Positions 1 through 20,230 are shown, numbered from the stretch's first letter. The stretch is DNA of 64,000 bases from Amoebidium appalachense (GCA_963693365.1 CAVNZM010000012.1:8746001-8810000), one strand, 5' to 3'. The notes: a model not told the origin generated them from the sequence alone. Made by a program: numbers and translations.

Positions 1-248
1 GGGGGGGGGGGCATACAGAAGCATACATAACTTAGAACAATTTAGAACCGTTACGTATGGTTCATGATTCTCCGTACATTATTCATCAGAACTTCCAATG
101 TGATCCGCCCTTCCCCTAACCACGGCTCTCAACTGGGAAAAGCAAAGCCATTTTGTTACCGAAAAAAAACAACAAGAGAACTGATTTACAGAGGGGTAAA
201 ACGGGTGCACACAGTGTAAGGAGAGGGTGGGATGAAGAGGAGGAGGGG

Positions 249-343
<95 letters not shown>

Positions 344-351
344 ACTGTGTC

Positions 352-424
<73 letters not shown>

Positions 425-541
425 CCTCTCTCTATCCTCCCCCCCCCCCCTCCCGCCTCCGTCCCCCCTTTCCACCCCCCCTCCCCCCCCCCCCCTCCCC
501 CTCTCCTCCCCCTCCCCCCCCCCCCCTCCCCCCTTTTTTGA

Positions 542-573
<32 letters not shown>

Positions 574-589
574 GGAGAGGTTAGCCCAC

Positions 590-1489
590 CTGAATAATCT
601 CAGTCACCAGCATCATTCTGCTGTCTTTCTCCATACGAACTCTCCCCACCACCTTCCCCGCCAGCACAGAATTTGCCAAGCTCACAACCAGAAGAAATAT
701 CTGAACCGCTACTCCCGCTAACACCGCCACACCCACTATGCGATAGAGGAAGAATATATTCCCACCCACTATGAGAAATGGTGTGAATAGGTAGAAGAAT
801 AGCTTTATGCTGGTGTGGAAGGCGTCGCAGTCTGTGCTCATCATTGTTACAACTGATCCCTGCGGGGGTTAAAATATGTTTGGGGTTAAGGGGTTAATGG
901 TGTGTGGGGTGTGGGGGTAAAAATAAATACCGTCTGATTGGATGTTAACAGCTGGGGTTGAAGGAAGGCACATGTGTAGGCGAATGTGTGGGTAGTTGGG
1001 GGGGGGGGGGGGAGGGGGGGGGAGAGCGTGGGGGGCGGAAGTGTGTGTGTGTGGGGGGGGGGGGGGGGGGGGGGGGGTGGGGAGGGGCGGGATTCACAAA
1101 GGTGGTGATCTAGAAACTGAAAGTACCATCAGCTGGTCTGATTTTCTTGCACATATGCATCTTACACAGGGCCTGTTTAGTGGGACCAAACATGAAATCA
1201 ACCAAAACGCCTGATTATTCACGCCCCCATGCCCTAGAGCAGCGTCAGTAGTTGCCCTGAATAATGCATGGCATGTCCCACACACCGTCCATCACTTGTC
1301 TTCAGCCAAATTTACGCACCTGGCTAAACCCGCATGCTTGGCGCCGATTTGGTGGTATGCGTAGAGACTTCTTGTAGATGGCCAAAGATAAGCCACACCT
1401 CACTTGCAGCCCCGCCACATTGTCTATGAACGCTGTGTGGGTCTGCACATCCAATCAGCACTTGCCAACCCCCCCCCCCCCCCCCCCCC

Positions 1490-1524
<35 letters not shown>

Positions 1525-2580
1525 CCTTCCCCTTTGGAACTGTCCCTTCTGATTTTTTCTCGTTCTTCCACACTTAAATTAAGTCACGTTTCCCTTAAAC
1601 TACTGTCGTGGTAGGATTCCAACGAGGTGTCCACGCACAAAGTTCACACACACTTTACACACAGCAACAATCTAGGCATTCACAGGCATGCATACACTGC
1701 ATACCATGCACACACACCATTTGCGCAAATACGCGTGCCCACTCCCTCCCCCCCCCCCCCCCCCCCCCCCTTCCCCCCCCTCCCCCCTCCCCCCGAAGTT
1801 TCCCCCCCCTCTGCCCCCCACCCTCCCCCGCGCCCCCCTCCCGAGACACGCACGCACGCACGCACGCACAAACACACACACACACACACTCTAAACTACA
1901 CACATGCATGTGTCGTGTGCACATACATCGTGTATCTCCCCCCTCATCCCCCCATACCGCCTCCCCCTTCCCCCAACTCCCCCTCTTCCTCTCCCCTCCC
2001 CCCCTCCTCCTCCAATCCCCCCCCCCCCCCCCCCACAAAAAAAAAAAAAAAAACATCCCCCCCCACACCACCACCCATGACTGCTACATACCCCACACAT
2101 TCCGCCAACTGCAGGGACCAATGCAAACAGTACCACCAGAATCCACAAATCAAAACCCTCCCTCGGGTGCTCGTGGGTGATGTGTTGCACGAGCAGGCGC
2201 AGAATTTGGGGCGCAGCCACTATGCATATCGCTTCGATTATCCCTAGGATGATAGATAGGGAAATGGCACCCCCGCACATATCCCAAATAATGCGGTATA
2301 GGTTGGGCTGGTTTTTCTCTCTGTTTACAACGGGTTTTCGGAAAAAAACGGTGTTAATTCCGTGTTTTTGTGTGCCATTTTGTAGAATTGAACCGGTTAA
2401 TTTTTCGCTACTTGCAGAGATGTAGGTGTCGGGGTGTGCACATGTTCGTGCTAGCTCTCTATTCCACGCGGGTTTGAATAATAGCTTCTGCATGTATTCG
2501 CTGTCGACTTCTTGGTCGAGCTCTGGAAGATCGGATTCCGTGAGGGGTTTACGGGCTCCTTGCCGCAGAAGGGGGAAAAT
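590..2580 (-). CDS. ABC transporter subfamily C (MRP-like), internal exons covering the lasso/L0 region and TMD1; partial
   Basis: Exons 2580-2092, 1442-1320 and 859-590, all GT-AG, phase 0 and in frame. They translate IFPLLRQGARKPLTESDLPEL...AGLQVRCGLSLAIYKKSLRIP...GSVVTMMSTD...MEKDSRMMLVTEIIQ, typical ABCC motifs. The 5' exons are unresolved and the 3' exons lie outside the window. Confidence 0.88.
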
Positions 2581-3218
2581 CTGTGTGTTTTGATGGTGAA
2601 GAGAGGTTAAATCTTGGGCTGACACAATCATCTGATACGAACATATTAGTTCATTTAAAACTGCAACCTTAGTGGTGGACTAACTATTACTCCTTTGCTA
2701 AAGCTCTCCCCCCCCCCCCCCCCTCCCCCCTGACTCTCTCTTACGTTTTTTCTTCTCGGTGGGTACTTTGGGGTGGGGAGGAAGACGGTGGCGGCCCAAA
2801 GACATCGGGGAGGGGGGGGGGGGGGGGGGTTATTTGAGCATATACGGGCTTTACCTCCTCTTTGCGCTCGGATGGGGGGGGGGGGGGGGGGGGGGGGGGG
2901 GGTGGGGGGACTCCGAGTGGGCCTGCCCCGTAAAGTATATGTGCGTGTGGTCATTCATTCTGCTCAGGTTAACAAGATAGTACATAGAAAGTCTGTGCCC
3001 TGAATGTCACAGTGCTTTTGTGCTAACACCTATGCTAACAGTAGCTTGTGCGACTAGTATACATATGTCTTTGGGCAAACTGATAAATGTGCTTCCGGTT
3101 CGCATGGCTCAGTTGTCGGACCCAGCAGAGTCATTTGTGGTTCCTTGATTTCGAATTCATGTGTCTATGTATGCTTGCAAAGGGTATATCTGTGGTTATG
3201 TGTGGAGCTCATCACTTA

Positions 3219-3470
3219 CGTAGGCATGAGCTTGAGTACGCAGGCACCTTCGAGTACGCAGGCACCTTATGGTGCATGGTAGTGATGAAGCATTGCAAGA
3301 GGAGAAAGCCATGCTCGCCTGTCCGTCATGATGAATCTGTGATGGTGGAGTGACGATGGCCAACACACCCAACATCATGAAAAGCACTTGCATGAAAAAC
3401 TGGTGTAGGTTGTCCTTTATAGCATTACTGATGATTGCATTATTAGTAGAAGAATTTCTTGAGCGATGTG
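3219..3470 (-). pseudogene. Degenerate ABCC TMD2-like fragment
   Basis: Translates RNSSTNNAIISNAIKDNLHQFFMQVLFMMLGVLAIVTPP, resembling the ABCC NRFSxDxxxIDxxLxxxLxxF helix. It lies upstream of TMD1 exons, so it is out of domain order. Confidence 0.35.
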
Positions 3471-4609
3471 GGATCTTTATGAACTACGCACGTTTACAGA
3501 CATACAGCGCACGATGAGATCTATAGTATTATTAGCTACATATTCAAACCTGTGTCAGTGATGGAGGGAATGGGGATTGCCAAAGGATGGCCGCCCTAAA
3601 ATATTTGATATATAATATATTAAACATAATATAACATACTATAGCTTGAGAACGTGAACCACAACGCTTTATTCTCTCTGGCATAACAGGGCCCATGAAC
3701 AAGCTCGACGAAGATGCGAATCGAAGGGAACGGCCAGATGCGAGTCGAATGAACGGCCAGGTTACGGCCTTGATTACGGCCGACGGCGGCGAGTTCCAAC
3801 AGCCATTTGTTCCCCCAATTCTAAAGGGATCAAAACCGAAATATGATGCTCGGTTCCGTTCGTGTTGATAAATATTGTTCAAAACTATACGACCACCAAT
3901 CAGCATGCACTTTTGACAGAAAAATAATACTGGTATTCAAGTCAGAACTTGACAGTCTTACAGTTGAGTACACTTCCATGCCTGAACTAATGTTCTTTTC
4001 GATTATATTACGAACATGAGAAAGTAATTATGAAGCTTTTAAAAGGCTGCCTGTAATGCCCCAATAAAACAGAACGTGTGTCACGACGTTCGAGAATATT
4101 GTAGCATGTAAGGAATTCACAAAAAACAAGTCACCGGAGGCTGTAATCGAAAGCTAATCGGAATCGTGATGTTGAAATGAAATCCAATGATAAACGGATT
4201 TTGGGGTTTACAAAGTGTGTAAACCCCAAAATAAACGGATAAAACGTTGCACGCAGATTGCCACGGAACTCTCTTGCTGGTTCAGATTTTTTTTTAGTCC
4301 GGGGCCTACAAGGTCTACCGTGTACTTTCCCTCGGAGGTCGGACCTGGCACTCAGACAAGCAGGGCCAGCAGAGAAGGAGCCCAAATTCAACTAATGTCA
4401 AGTATGGCTCGGGATTCCCCCGTGTGCCATTCCACGATCTGTGCCAAACCCCCCCCCCCCCCCCCCCGAATCGCTCCCCACCCCACACCCCCCTCCCTCT
4501 GGCTCTCCATTCTCGCCCCTTTGCTCCCCTCCCCCGGCCGTGCTTCACTCACCTCCTACCCAGAGTCTTCCGAAAGGGGAACCACACGGATCCCCGACAC
4601 ACGCGTGCG

Positions 4610-4670
<61 letters not shown>

Positions 4671-6184
4671 CTGTGGCACACACACATGTATACACACACA
4701 CACACACATGTACACAAGCACACATAAACGCACACGCACGCACACACATGCACACGCGCACTGAGCCTAGCGGCACAAAAGCACACCATGGACACGATTC
4801 GTAGATTCGCAGGGCTGGCCAGAGGTTCAGTGATAATTCGAAATCGCACGAAATCGACAGAATGTTTTGTTTGTAAATGCTTCAGTGCTGAAAAAGAGCA
4901 ACACTCTAAGAGTGCGCTGACCATGTGTTTCAAAGAGAATGAGAGAGGGCTTTGGAGAGAGGGGGAGAGAGACCCTCATGATCAGTGAGCCTCAGTGGAG
5001 ATCTCGAAAGAGATCAATTGCAAGAGAGAAGGATCAAGAGAAGAGAGAGATCAAGAGAGAGATCAAGAGGGAGAGAGATAATGAGAAAGAGAGAAGGAAG
5101 GGGGAGGGAGGGAGAGGGGGAGGCGGAAGGGGGGGGGGAGGGGGTTGGTTGGTTTGTTGGAGGGGGAGGAGAGGGAAAGGGGGAGGGGGAGGGGGATGAG
5201 GGGGGGGGGGGGGGGGGGAGTGAGGATCGGGGGAGGGAGACAGAGAGAGAGAGAGAGATCAGGAGAGAGATCAAGAGAGAGTATCTCTGAAAGATCAAGA
5301 GATCAAGAGATCAAGAGAGAGATAGAGAGAGAGGCGGGGAGAGAGTTAAGGAGCGGGAGAGAGCTAGGAGAGAGATAAAGAGGAGGGGCGGGGGGGGGGA
5401 GGGGGGAGACTTGGAGATGGGGGAGTGAGAGAACGGAGAGAAAGAATTTTTTTGGGGGGGGGAGGAGAGAGCAAGAGAGAAAGAAAGAGAGAGAGGAGAG
5501 AGAGAGAGAGAGAGAAGGAGAGAAGAGAGATATAATTAGATGGAGAGAGATAGGGGCTGATAACCTAGTGTGAGTGACCGGAGCGGGCTGGGGAAGAGGG
5601 AGCAGGAGGGGGGGAAGGTATGAGACAAAGGTTGAGCCGGCCGAAGGCGTTACATGTGTGTGTATGCATGTGCGTATGTATGCGTGTGGCTGGGTGGGTG
5701 TGTGTGTGGCTGGATGTGTGGGTGTAGATATAGTTGGTGGGTGGGGGGTGTGTGGGGGTGTGGGTGGGTGGGGGGGAGAGGGGGTGGAAGGGGAAGTGGA
5801 GGGGGGGGGGGGTTATTCTAACATTTTAGTGTCGACATGTTTTGACGGGAAAGTTTTGTCGTTGTATGCACGTGTGTGCGGGCACACATCACAAGTCACA
5901 TACGCACAATGCTCAGTGAACATGCACACGCGCAAATTACACTGAGCGCGTGCACGCACACGCAAGTCACGCACAGACCAGCAACAGCAACACACATGTC
6001 GCCACGAACTCATTATGATGCTATCGTATATGGAAGCAAAGCACATATCATACTCCCCCCCCCCCCCCCCCCCCCCCCTTCTCCCCCCTAAGGCACAAAC
6101 AAACACACCGTCACACGTATACACACGCCAAACCTTTTCTCATAGCCTCCTCCCCCGCGGCCCTCCCCCCAGCTCTCTAAGTAT

Positions 6185-6523
6185 TTAACCACCCTTGACA
6201 TCCGTCTCTCTCCCTTTCCCGCTCTTCTTCTCCGAGTACCCCTCAGTCTCTCTCCCATTCTCACTCTCTTCACTCTGCTGCTGGTTAAACCGAAGTTCTG
6301 CAAACAAAGGGTTCTGCAAACAAGAGTTCTGCAAACATGAGGCGGCGCACATTTGTAAAGAAGCTCCCGTTGCAGCGGGAGCCGCAGCGCTGTTTCCCAA
6401 AAACAACGTGCAACTAAGACAAGGCCTCCTATTTAGCAGGAGTGCTATAGGCCTCCTGCTCGAAGGCGCCCGGCGAAGCTCAGTTTCTGTTGCGGCTTCT
6501 ACCACCCTTTTGGCTTTGCCCAT
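6185..6523 (-). CDS. Non-repetitive 112-aa ORF, possible first exon of the ABCC gene
   Basis: ATG-initiated, complex sequence, divergent from the serine dehydratase start, with CCAAT boxes just upstream (gattgg near 6550 and 6606). No splice path to 2580 was established. Confidence 0.3.
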   Translation of the reverse strand: MGKAKRVVEAATETELRRAPSSRRPIALLLNRRPCLSCTLFLGNSAAAPAATGASLQMCAASCLQNSCLQNPLFAELRFNQQQSEESENGRETEGYSEKKSGKGRETDVKGG

Positions 6524-7047
6524 TTCTGGTCAAAGCCAAACAAGTCATCTGATTGGCTTAGCTGGTATCAGGAAGAATGTGCTTGTGTGTTCTTTGGAGC
6601 AAAATGATTGGCTACAACCTTGATGTCACTCGGAGTGACTCGGCCAAAAACGAGTAAACAAAAGAAGACGGCAGAAAACGGAGTCAAAAAACATAGAAAA
6701 AGGTGGGGAACGGGAGGGTAAAAGGTTTGTTTTTGGGCGTTTCAAAAGAGTGTAAGAGTACTAAGAGAGGGAGAAAGTTTGGCTTTGTATTTGGCGAAAG
6801 GTTTTAGCTGCAGTAAGGTGGGTTGTACTGAGTTTGTCAAAGTTTTTCAAAAAGAAAGCGATTGACAACGGGTTAGCTAAATCAAGCAAAAAACCGGGGA
6901 ATTAATACTGTGATAAGCTGTGCGGACGTCATTAGGGGCTGTATTTGTACAGCTTGGCTTGGGCCTGATTCTTGAAACGCACCCTAGGACCTAACATCCA
7001 CCACCAACGCAGGTTTTTTAGCAAGGTTTCACCAAAAACACATCAAG

Positions 7048-13257
<6,210 letters not shown>

Positions 13258-13699
13258 AGGGTCTCATGTGTGTGTACTATGGGGTAGCAAGACATTGAAC
13301 AGGCTGGATCAAAAAATCTTGCCTTGTGTTTCGAGCTATCCGATTGGTAGAAAGTGTAGCAATTCAAATTGAAAGGCTGTGAGCCAATCAATCAAATCTC
13401 TCGACAATGGACATCACGATTGTTGAGGCCGGATCGCTACCGTGAGCGTCGCTAGCTAAAAAGAGCGTTTTGTCGTAGAACTTTATGCGTATATGTAATG
13501 ATAGTTTTTATAGTTTTTTATTTTTCTTATTCTGTGTGATTTTTATTTATTTTTTCCATCTTATTCATCGATTTACACTATCACTTACCAAGGTGGGTCG
13601 TTTAGGCAGGTGGTCGAAGCCCGGCAGATGCCTTGTTCTTAGCGAGCTGCTATTGGTCAATTTCGATCGAGACTATTTACTTCCTTGCCACCCCATAGT

Positions 13700-14330
13700 A
13701 TGTACGTGTGTATTTGTGTGCACGTGCGTGTGTGTGCACGTACGTGTATGCGCATGTGTGCGTGTGTGTGCACGTACGTGTATGCGCATGTGTGCGTGTG
13801 TGTGCACGTACGTGTATGCGCATGTGTGTGTGTGTGTGCACGTACGTGTATGCGCATGTGTGCGTGTGTGTGCACGTACGTGTATGCGCATGTGTGCGTG
13901 TGTGTGCACGTACGTGTATGCGCATGTGTGTGTGTGTGTGCACGTACGTGTATGCGCATGTGTGCGTGTGTGTGCACGTACGTGTATGCGCATGTGTGCG
14001 TGTGTGTGCACGTACTTGTATGCGCATGTGTGCGTGTGTGTGCACGTACGTGTATGCGCATGTGTGCATGTGTGCGCACGTACGTGTATGCGCATGTGTG
14101 CGTGTGTGTGCACGTACGTGTATGCGCATGTGTGCGTGTGTGTGCACGTACGTGTATGCGCATGTGTGCGTGTGTGTGCACGTACGTGTATGCGCATGTG
14201 TGCGTGTGTGTGCACGTACGTGTATGCGCATGTGTGCGTGTGTGTGCACGTACGTGTATGCGCATGTGTGTGTGTGTGTGCACGTACGTGTATGCGCATG
14301 TGTGCGTGTGTGTGCACGTACGTGTGTCTG
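13700..14330. repeat. 32-bp minisatellite, about 19 copies, strictly alternating purine/pyrimidine
   Basis: Unit tgtgtgcacgtacgtgtatgcgcatgtgtgcg repeated almost perfectly. Confidence 0.95.
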
Positions 14331-14466
14331 TGCGTATGTAGGTGCATAAGTGGCTGTTGAGGCTTGGAAATGTGTGAGCACCCGTACGTGCCTATTAGTG
14401 TGTTGTGTGTGTGTGATAACACATGGGTGGTCAGTGTGTAGGCAGACTGATAAGTTGGTTAGGTTT

Positions 14467-14775
14467 AAACGGTGATGGCGGGGGTAAAATGCCCGATTTA
14501 TTGGATTGACGGATAATATTTAGGCTTCTAGCCAATCAAGAGGGCCTTTAATTCCCTAATATTCTTAGTTGATAGTTTTTATTGGCTCGAAGCAACATGT
14601 GCACGTGCTGTGATGGTGAACTCCCAAAGCAGATATCCTCTTTTTTAAAAAATCTAGCCGACATGACGTAGCATGTGATAACTCCTTTGTGGCGGGACAC
14701 AATGACAAGTCCATCTTTTGCATCTTTTGAAACCCACTCCGAATAAAGTTGTCCCGGTGTGTTCGGTGTGTTCGA
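14467..14775 (+). repeat. Dispersed repeat A, copy 1 (diverged copy at about 16086-16368)
   Basis: Shared colinear blocks atgcccgatttatt, acggataatattta, tgcacgtg.tgtgat.gtgaactcc, ctagccgac.tgacg. Confidence 0.8.
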
Positions 14776-14801
14776 AATTTCACATTCGTCCATTCAAACC
14801 C

Positions 14802-14888
<87 letters not shown>

Positions 14889-15064
14889 TTCTCTGACAAA
14901 AGACTAAAATCATGAACATATTGACAACACCAAACTCCAAAATATCTCCTTTCCCCCCACTTCCCACCACTAGCGCTGAGTATAATGCCGCATTCGATTT
15001 ATTGCATACCTGGTTGATCGGGGAAAAAACCCTACCCCCCTCCCCCCTCCCCCCTCCCTCCTTG

Positions 15065-15165
<101 letters not shown>

Positions 15166-15449
15166 CCCTACCCAACCCACGCCCAAAAAGCTTACGGCCA
15201 GTAGAATCGAAGGATCTTCAAGTGAAGCATAATGGACTTCGAAGAGCCTCGGGACAAACCGGACGTGCTACGTTTTATGCTCAAAAATTATCGTACTTAA
15301 GCCTCTACAGACCCAGATATGCTCCTGCAAGCTTAGCTATTTGAACCAAAACATGCAAACTACTTCGAGCAAAACCAACATGCATCTGGTTACCAAGAAG
15401 GGAGTGGAGCGAGGAGGGGTGGAGGGGGGGGGGGGGGGGGGGGAGGGGG

Positions 15450-15810
15450 GGACTGCAGGCAACAGCTGTTTTTCCACAGCCCATATTGGCATGCAGCTGC
15501 AGCTTTAACAACACTTGAACATGCATGAGACTATGGATGCAGGGGTCATGGGGTATGCCAATACTTTAGCGGCTGGGTGGAGGGGCAACCTTTCGCTCAC
15601 GTACACACGGTCCAACTCGACCACAATGCAGCAAAAAATTGCAAGCTGCATGTGTTTTAAAAAACCCGTTGCAGATCATGCGGCTAATTATGGGTTGTGG
15701 CCACAATGTGTTGCTACGAGTTATGAATGGGTTGATTGTGGGACCGAACTTGGCGGCAGCCTCCCATTATTAGATAGGTTGGCTTAGGTTTCTGCTTTTG
15801 CAGCGCTTTT
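15450..15810 (+). repeat. Dispersed repeat B, copy 1 (45-nt core 15675-15719)
   Basis: gttgcag|atcatgcggctaattatgggttgtggccacaatgtgttgctacga|gttatg. Confidence 0.85.
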
Positions 15811-16085
15811 TGGAGCATATTGGTTTGGTTTCCACTGAGTGCCCAAAGAGTCAAATGCAACACGGTTGATGTGCTCGTAGTGCAGCTGAGTAGCTGTGGT
15901 AGAAATACTGCAACTAGGCAAAAAAGGAGATGCACCCTAGCACGCTATCAGGGTCACAGCGGTGTGCCGCACGGTGCGTTGCAAAAGTGGAAAATGTGTG
16001 TTTCTAGCCAAATGGAGGCATGTGCGTGTGTTTGCTGGAGCCGCTGCGGTATTCGTGCATGTAAACGCACGGGTAGTCTGATGTG

Positions 16086-16368
16086 TAACGGTAAGGGTGG
16101 GTGTAATATGCCCGATTTATTTAGATTAACGGATAATATTTACTCTTTGAGCCAAAGGGCCCTAATATCTTAGCTGGTAGTCTTTATTGGCCAGCAGCAA
16201 CACATGCACGTGTTGTGATAGTGAACTCCATAGCAAACATCCGGGCCTCTTTTTAATCCTAGCCGACTTGACGGAATATGTGATATTCCATTGTAAGGTG
16301 ACACCACTTACTGTGTCTCCAATTTGTAACCAACTCCAAATAAACTCGCCTTCCCAGTGGTTCGGATA
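16086..16368 (+). repeat. Dispersed repeat A, copy 2
   Basis: Colinear similarity to 14467-14775. Confidence 0.8.
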
Positions 16369-16377
16369 TTAAGCCGT

Positions 16378-16412
<35 letters not shown>

Positions 16413-16578
16413 TTTCCCCCCTCCCCCCATCACACCCACACACACGCACACCCATACACACACACACACACACACACACCACCACCACAATCACCACCGC
16501 ACACACACCCACACCAAACAGGAATGAATCGAGTTAGCATAAACAGGAGGTTTCACTTCCGTCGTTTTCGAAACACCA

Positions 16579-16625
<47 letters not shown>

Positions 16626-16626
16626 C

Positions 16627-16772
<146 letters not shown>

Positions 16773-17046
16773 GGGAGATAAAGAGGCCTTGTACACGTGC
16801 ACGCATGCTGACACAAACAAAACAGACAACCTCCCGGCCCACACACACACCATACTAGCTTGGTTGTGGGAAGGACTTAGAGGAACCCTTTTGCCATCGG
16901 ATTCGTTAGATTGGTTGGCTTAGGTTCATTTTCTTTAGGACTCAACGGTTTGGATGTCTGATAGACACCACACCCCAAACCTCAGCCGGCTACCAGTGGC
17001 TCTTGTCTCATTGAGCTAGTGGGAGGATCAACACCGCCTATTGCAG

Positions 17047-17082
<36 letters not shown>

Positions 17083-17159
17083 CCGCCGCCGCCTCCACCA
17101 CCACTACCACCCCACCACACCCCCACATAACCCCCCCCCCCCCCCCCCCTCCCTCCTTC

Positions 17160-17310
17160 GTCGTTGCTTTACTTCTCCGTGTTTCCGAAACGACAGTTAT
17201 CCCTGTACCTCACCCTTCTCTCAAATTTGTCCTGGAGGTCGTGGTTGGAACGTGGGTTGGACATATAATATACCCGAGTAAGGGCGCTTAAAGTTACTGG
17301 TGTGCGAGTA
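17160..17310 (+). repeat. Dispersed repeat C (second copy at about 30801-30970)
   Basis: Shared ctcaccct...tcaaat, tcgtggtt...gtgggttg and aatatac.cgagtaagg...cttaaagttactg blocks. Confidence 0.75.
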
Positions 17311-17776
17311 CATTTACACCTTCCCCCCCCCCCCCCCTCCCTCCTCCTCCCTCCCTCCCCCCCTCCCCCCACAACCACCACCCACCGGTACCCACCCATC
17401 CACCCCATTTTCCACCTCCCCCCCCCCCCCCCCCCCCCCCCCTCCCCCCCCCCCCCAAACATACACACACATACAATTAGTAGCCTCCACAATAACCCTG
17501 AGCGCACACTGTGTCACCCACGCATGCACGCACACGCTACGGCATACGTACCCTCCCCCCCTCCCCCCCCCCCCCCCCCCCCCCCCCGCAGCCACCACAA
17601 ACACACACACACACACACAGCAACCCAACCACCAACCGCCCCCCCCCCCACACACACACATACGCGTGTGCACACGCACGCAGCACTCACCACATAGACC
17701 ATCCCTCCCCCCCCCCTCCCCCCCACATGCACGCACACACACCGTTGTCCCACTCCCCCGCCATCCTCGCCTCCCC

Positions 17777-17807
<31 letters not shown>

Positions 17808-17814
17808 ATTCTCT

Positions 17815-17937
<123 letters not shown>

Positions 17938-18019
17938 ATCTCTCACTGTCTGTCTCTCTCTCTCTCTCTCTCTCCCCCCCCCCTCCCCCCCTCTCTCTGC
18001 CTCGCCCACAAACACAGAC

Positions 18020-18071
<52 letters not shown>

Positions 18072-18269
18072 ACCCAAAATCTAACCTCCCTCCCCCCTGC
18101 TCTCCCCCCTCTCCCCACCGCCCCCCACACACATACCCACACCCAAACGCACATCACCCACACGTACAGAAAATCTGCGTTGTGATCGAGGTGGTGGTTA
18201 GGAGGTGGGGGGAGGAGGGGGGCCAAGCTCACATCCGCCGGGAGACCAGGGGAAAATTTAAAGAAGTCG

Positions 18270-18290
18270 TGAAATTCGAAATGGGAAGGG

Positions 18291-18325
<35 letters not shown>

Positions 18326-18726
18326 TTCGAATACTGCGAGCAAGAGTGTGTGCACTTCAATCCATGCAGACATAATATAAGGTATGCATGCATGAGACTA
18401 TGCATGGGCTGATGCACGTGACCAGATGCAGGCACCATGCAGACCTGAATGGTGTCCACAGCAATGACGGGGTGGGTCTATGTTTCAGCAGCTTGGTAGG
18501 GGGTGACCTTTTGCTCAGATTTCACCGTGGATGTTGCTACCCGGTCAGGCTGCAGCAGTCAAGCTGCATCTGATTGTTCCATTGCAGGCCACCCGGCTGA
18601 TTTTGGGCTGTTGCCACAATGTGTTGCTACGGGTCAGGCCATGCGCATGCTTGATTGTGGGACGGACTTGGTGGAACCACCCCAAAAAGATAGATAGGTT
18701 GGACTAGGTTTCCACTTTCACAGCAC
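18270..18726 (+). repeat. Dispersed repeat B, copy 2 (core 18588-18632)
   Basis: attgcag|gccacccggctgattttgggctgttgccacaatgtgttgctacgg|gtcagg. Confidence 0.9.
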
Positions 18727-18729
18727 ATT

Positions 18730-19260
18730 CAAGTTACGAATCGCAGGAGCAATAAATGGCCTGGTTTCTACTTATGCCATAAACAAATCGCATCACACCT
18801 TTATTCCCCCAATTTTTACCTATGATAGACCTTCTATTGGTTTGCATCTATGTTCCTATGGCTGTGAGCAGTGGGCTGACATAATATTATCCAACATCCT
18901 TTCATTGACAACAATCATGACACACCACCATCTCAGCGTCATAATTACTTGATAGGCAAACTCACTTGCTGTACATGGTCCTCAATCTCCGCTCTTGTAA
19001 CGGCCTTCCAACAAACTTGGGGCACTTTTGAGATCATATATGTATCCCCCCCCCCTCCCCATTTCCCTCCCACCCACCTACCCGTTCAAACAACCAGAGC
19101 CCCACCATAATTATAAAGGTACCAACCTTTTTCAACTTTCAAAGCTTCTCAGTCGGTGCTGATGATAGTTGAACACCAAACCCCATAAAGCACCCGGCTG
19201 CCAATGGCTCATTGTCTCTCGAGCGCCGGTAGGCGTGTGCCCGTCCTGTCGAATATTTCC
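18730..19260 (+). mobile_element. Decayed non-LTR retrotransposon (LINE) fragment, region C-terminal to the RT domain
   Basis: SYGCEQW at 18854 matches the LINE post-RT YGxExW motif. RLPMAHCLSSAGRRVP near 19195 resembles RxSxHxLxxExGR. Frames are broken. Confidence 0.45.
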
Positions 19261-19361
19261 TCCCTCCCCCTCGGCACCTCCCCCCCATTCCCCCCCAACC
19301 CACCCCTCCCCCTGGATTCCGTCAACCCACGGGCCCTCCCCTCTCCCCCCCTTCCCCCCGG

Positions 19362-19392
<31 letters not shown>

Positions 19393-19878
19393 TCTCCCCC
19401 TCCCCCCGGCCCCCCCTCCCGCCCCTTTTTGCTTATGCGTGTGAGGTTAAACCCACAAAGTATTTTGATTGTTTGTAGCAGTGTTGGCTTGCATATATGT
19501 GCTCAGTTTTAGTAAGCAAGCAGGAAAATGCTCGCCCTTTGCTCCTTTTTTTTTTTTTTTTTCTTTTTTTTTTTCCCCTTCGAATATCCCGATATTATAC
19601 TCGGGGGGTACCAAACCTTGCACCGGAGAGAGCAACTATGCAGTTCTTTGAAAGCAGCATCATACCCCAAAAGAACTAAGTGGAGAGAGGAGGGGTGGGG
19701 TGAGAGCATTTGGATGTGTGCCTGTACGCCCTCTCTTTACAGACTTACATATTATTTGCAGTACTTGAAGCACATGTATATTACATGCCACAGAGCACTG
19801 TAGCCTTTGTGTATGGTTGTTTTGTTGAAAAACTGCCAGGGTATGGGGGCAAAACTTTGAAAGAGGTGTTGGTTACAA

Positions 19879-19920
<42 letters not shown>

Positions 19921-19935
19921 TCTTGAAGCAGGGAA

Positions 19936-19970
<35 letters not shown>

Positions 19971-19979
19971 AGGGGTGGT

Positions 19980-20230
19980 TAATAGACTGCAACAGTGTGT
20001 CCACAGTACATGGCAATAGGCTCATAGTGGTGACGGGGTGTGTCTGTGTTGGGAGGGGTGATTTTTGTTCACATCCGATTACATACCTAGTAATCACAAC
20101 GGACAATCAGTCAGGTTGCAGCAGTCAACCTGCATCTGTTTGTTCCATTGCAGGCCACCCGGCTGATTTTGGGTTGTGGCCACCATGTGTTGCTACGGGT
20201 CAGGCCATGCTTGATTGTGGGACGGGCATA
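19980..20230 (+). repeat. Dispersed repeat B, copy 3 (core 20154-20198)
   Basis: Same core and flanks as copy 2. Confidence 0.9.

Noticed and set aside
4549-4600. Possible ABCC upstream exon GSPFGRLW
   Set aside because: Donor-like sites exist, but there is no usable acceptor before the (GT)n tract and the peptide is short of the canonical motif.
13700-14330. CRISPR-like array (32-bp period)
   Set aside because: Head-to-tail units with no unique spacers and no cas genes, in a eukaryotic context.
18587-18660. HDV-like or hammerhead ribozyme in the repeat B core (ggccac...gtggcc hairpin)
   Set aside because: No P3/L3 UCC motif or CUGAnGA/GAAA core on either strand, and the stem is broken in copies 1 and 2.
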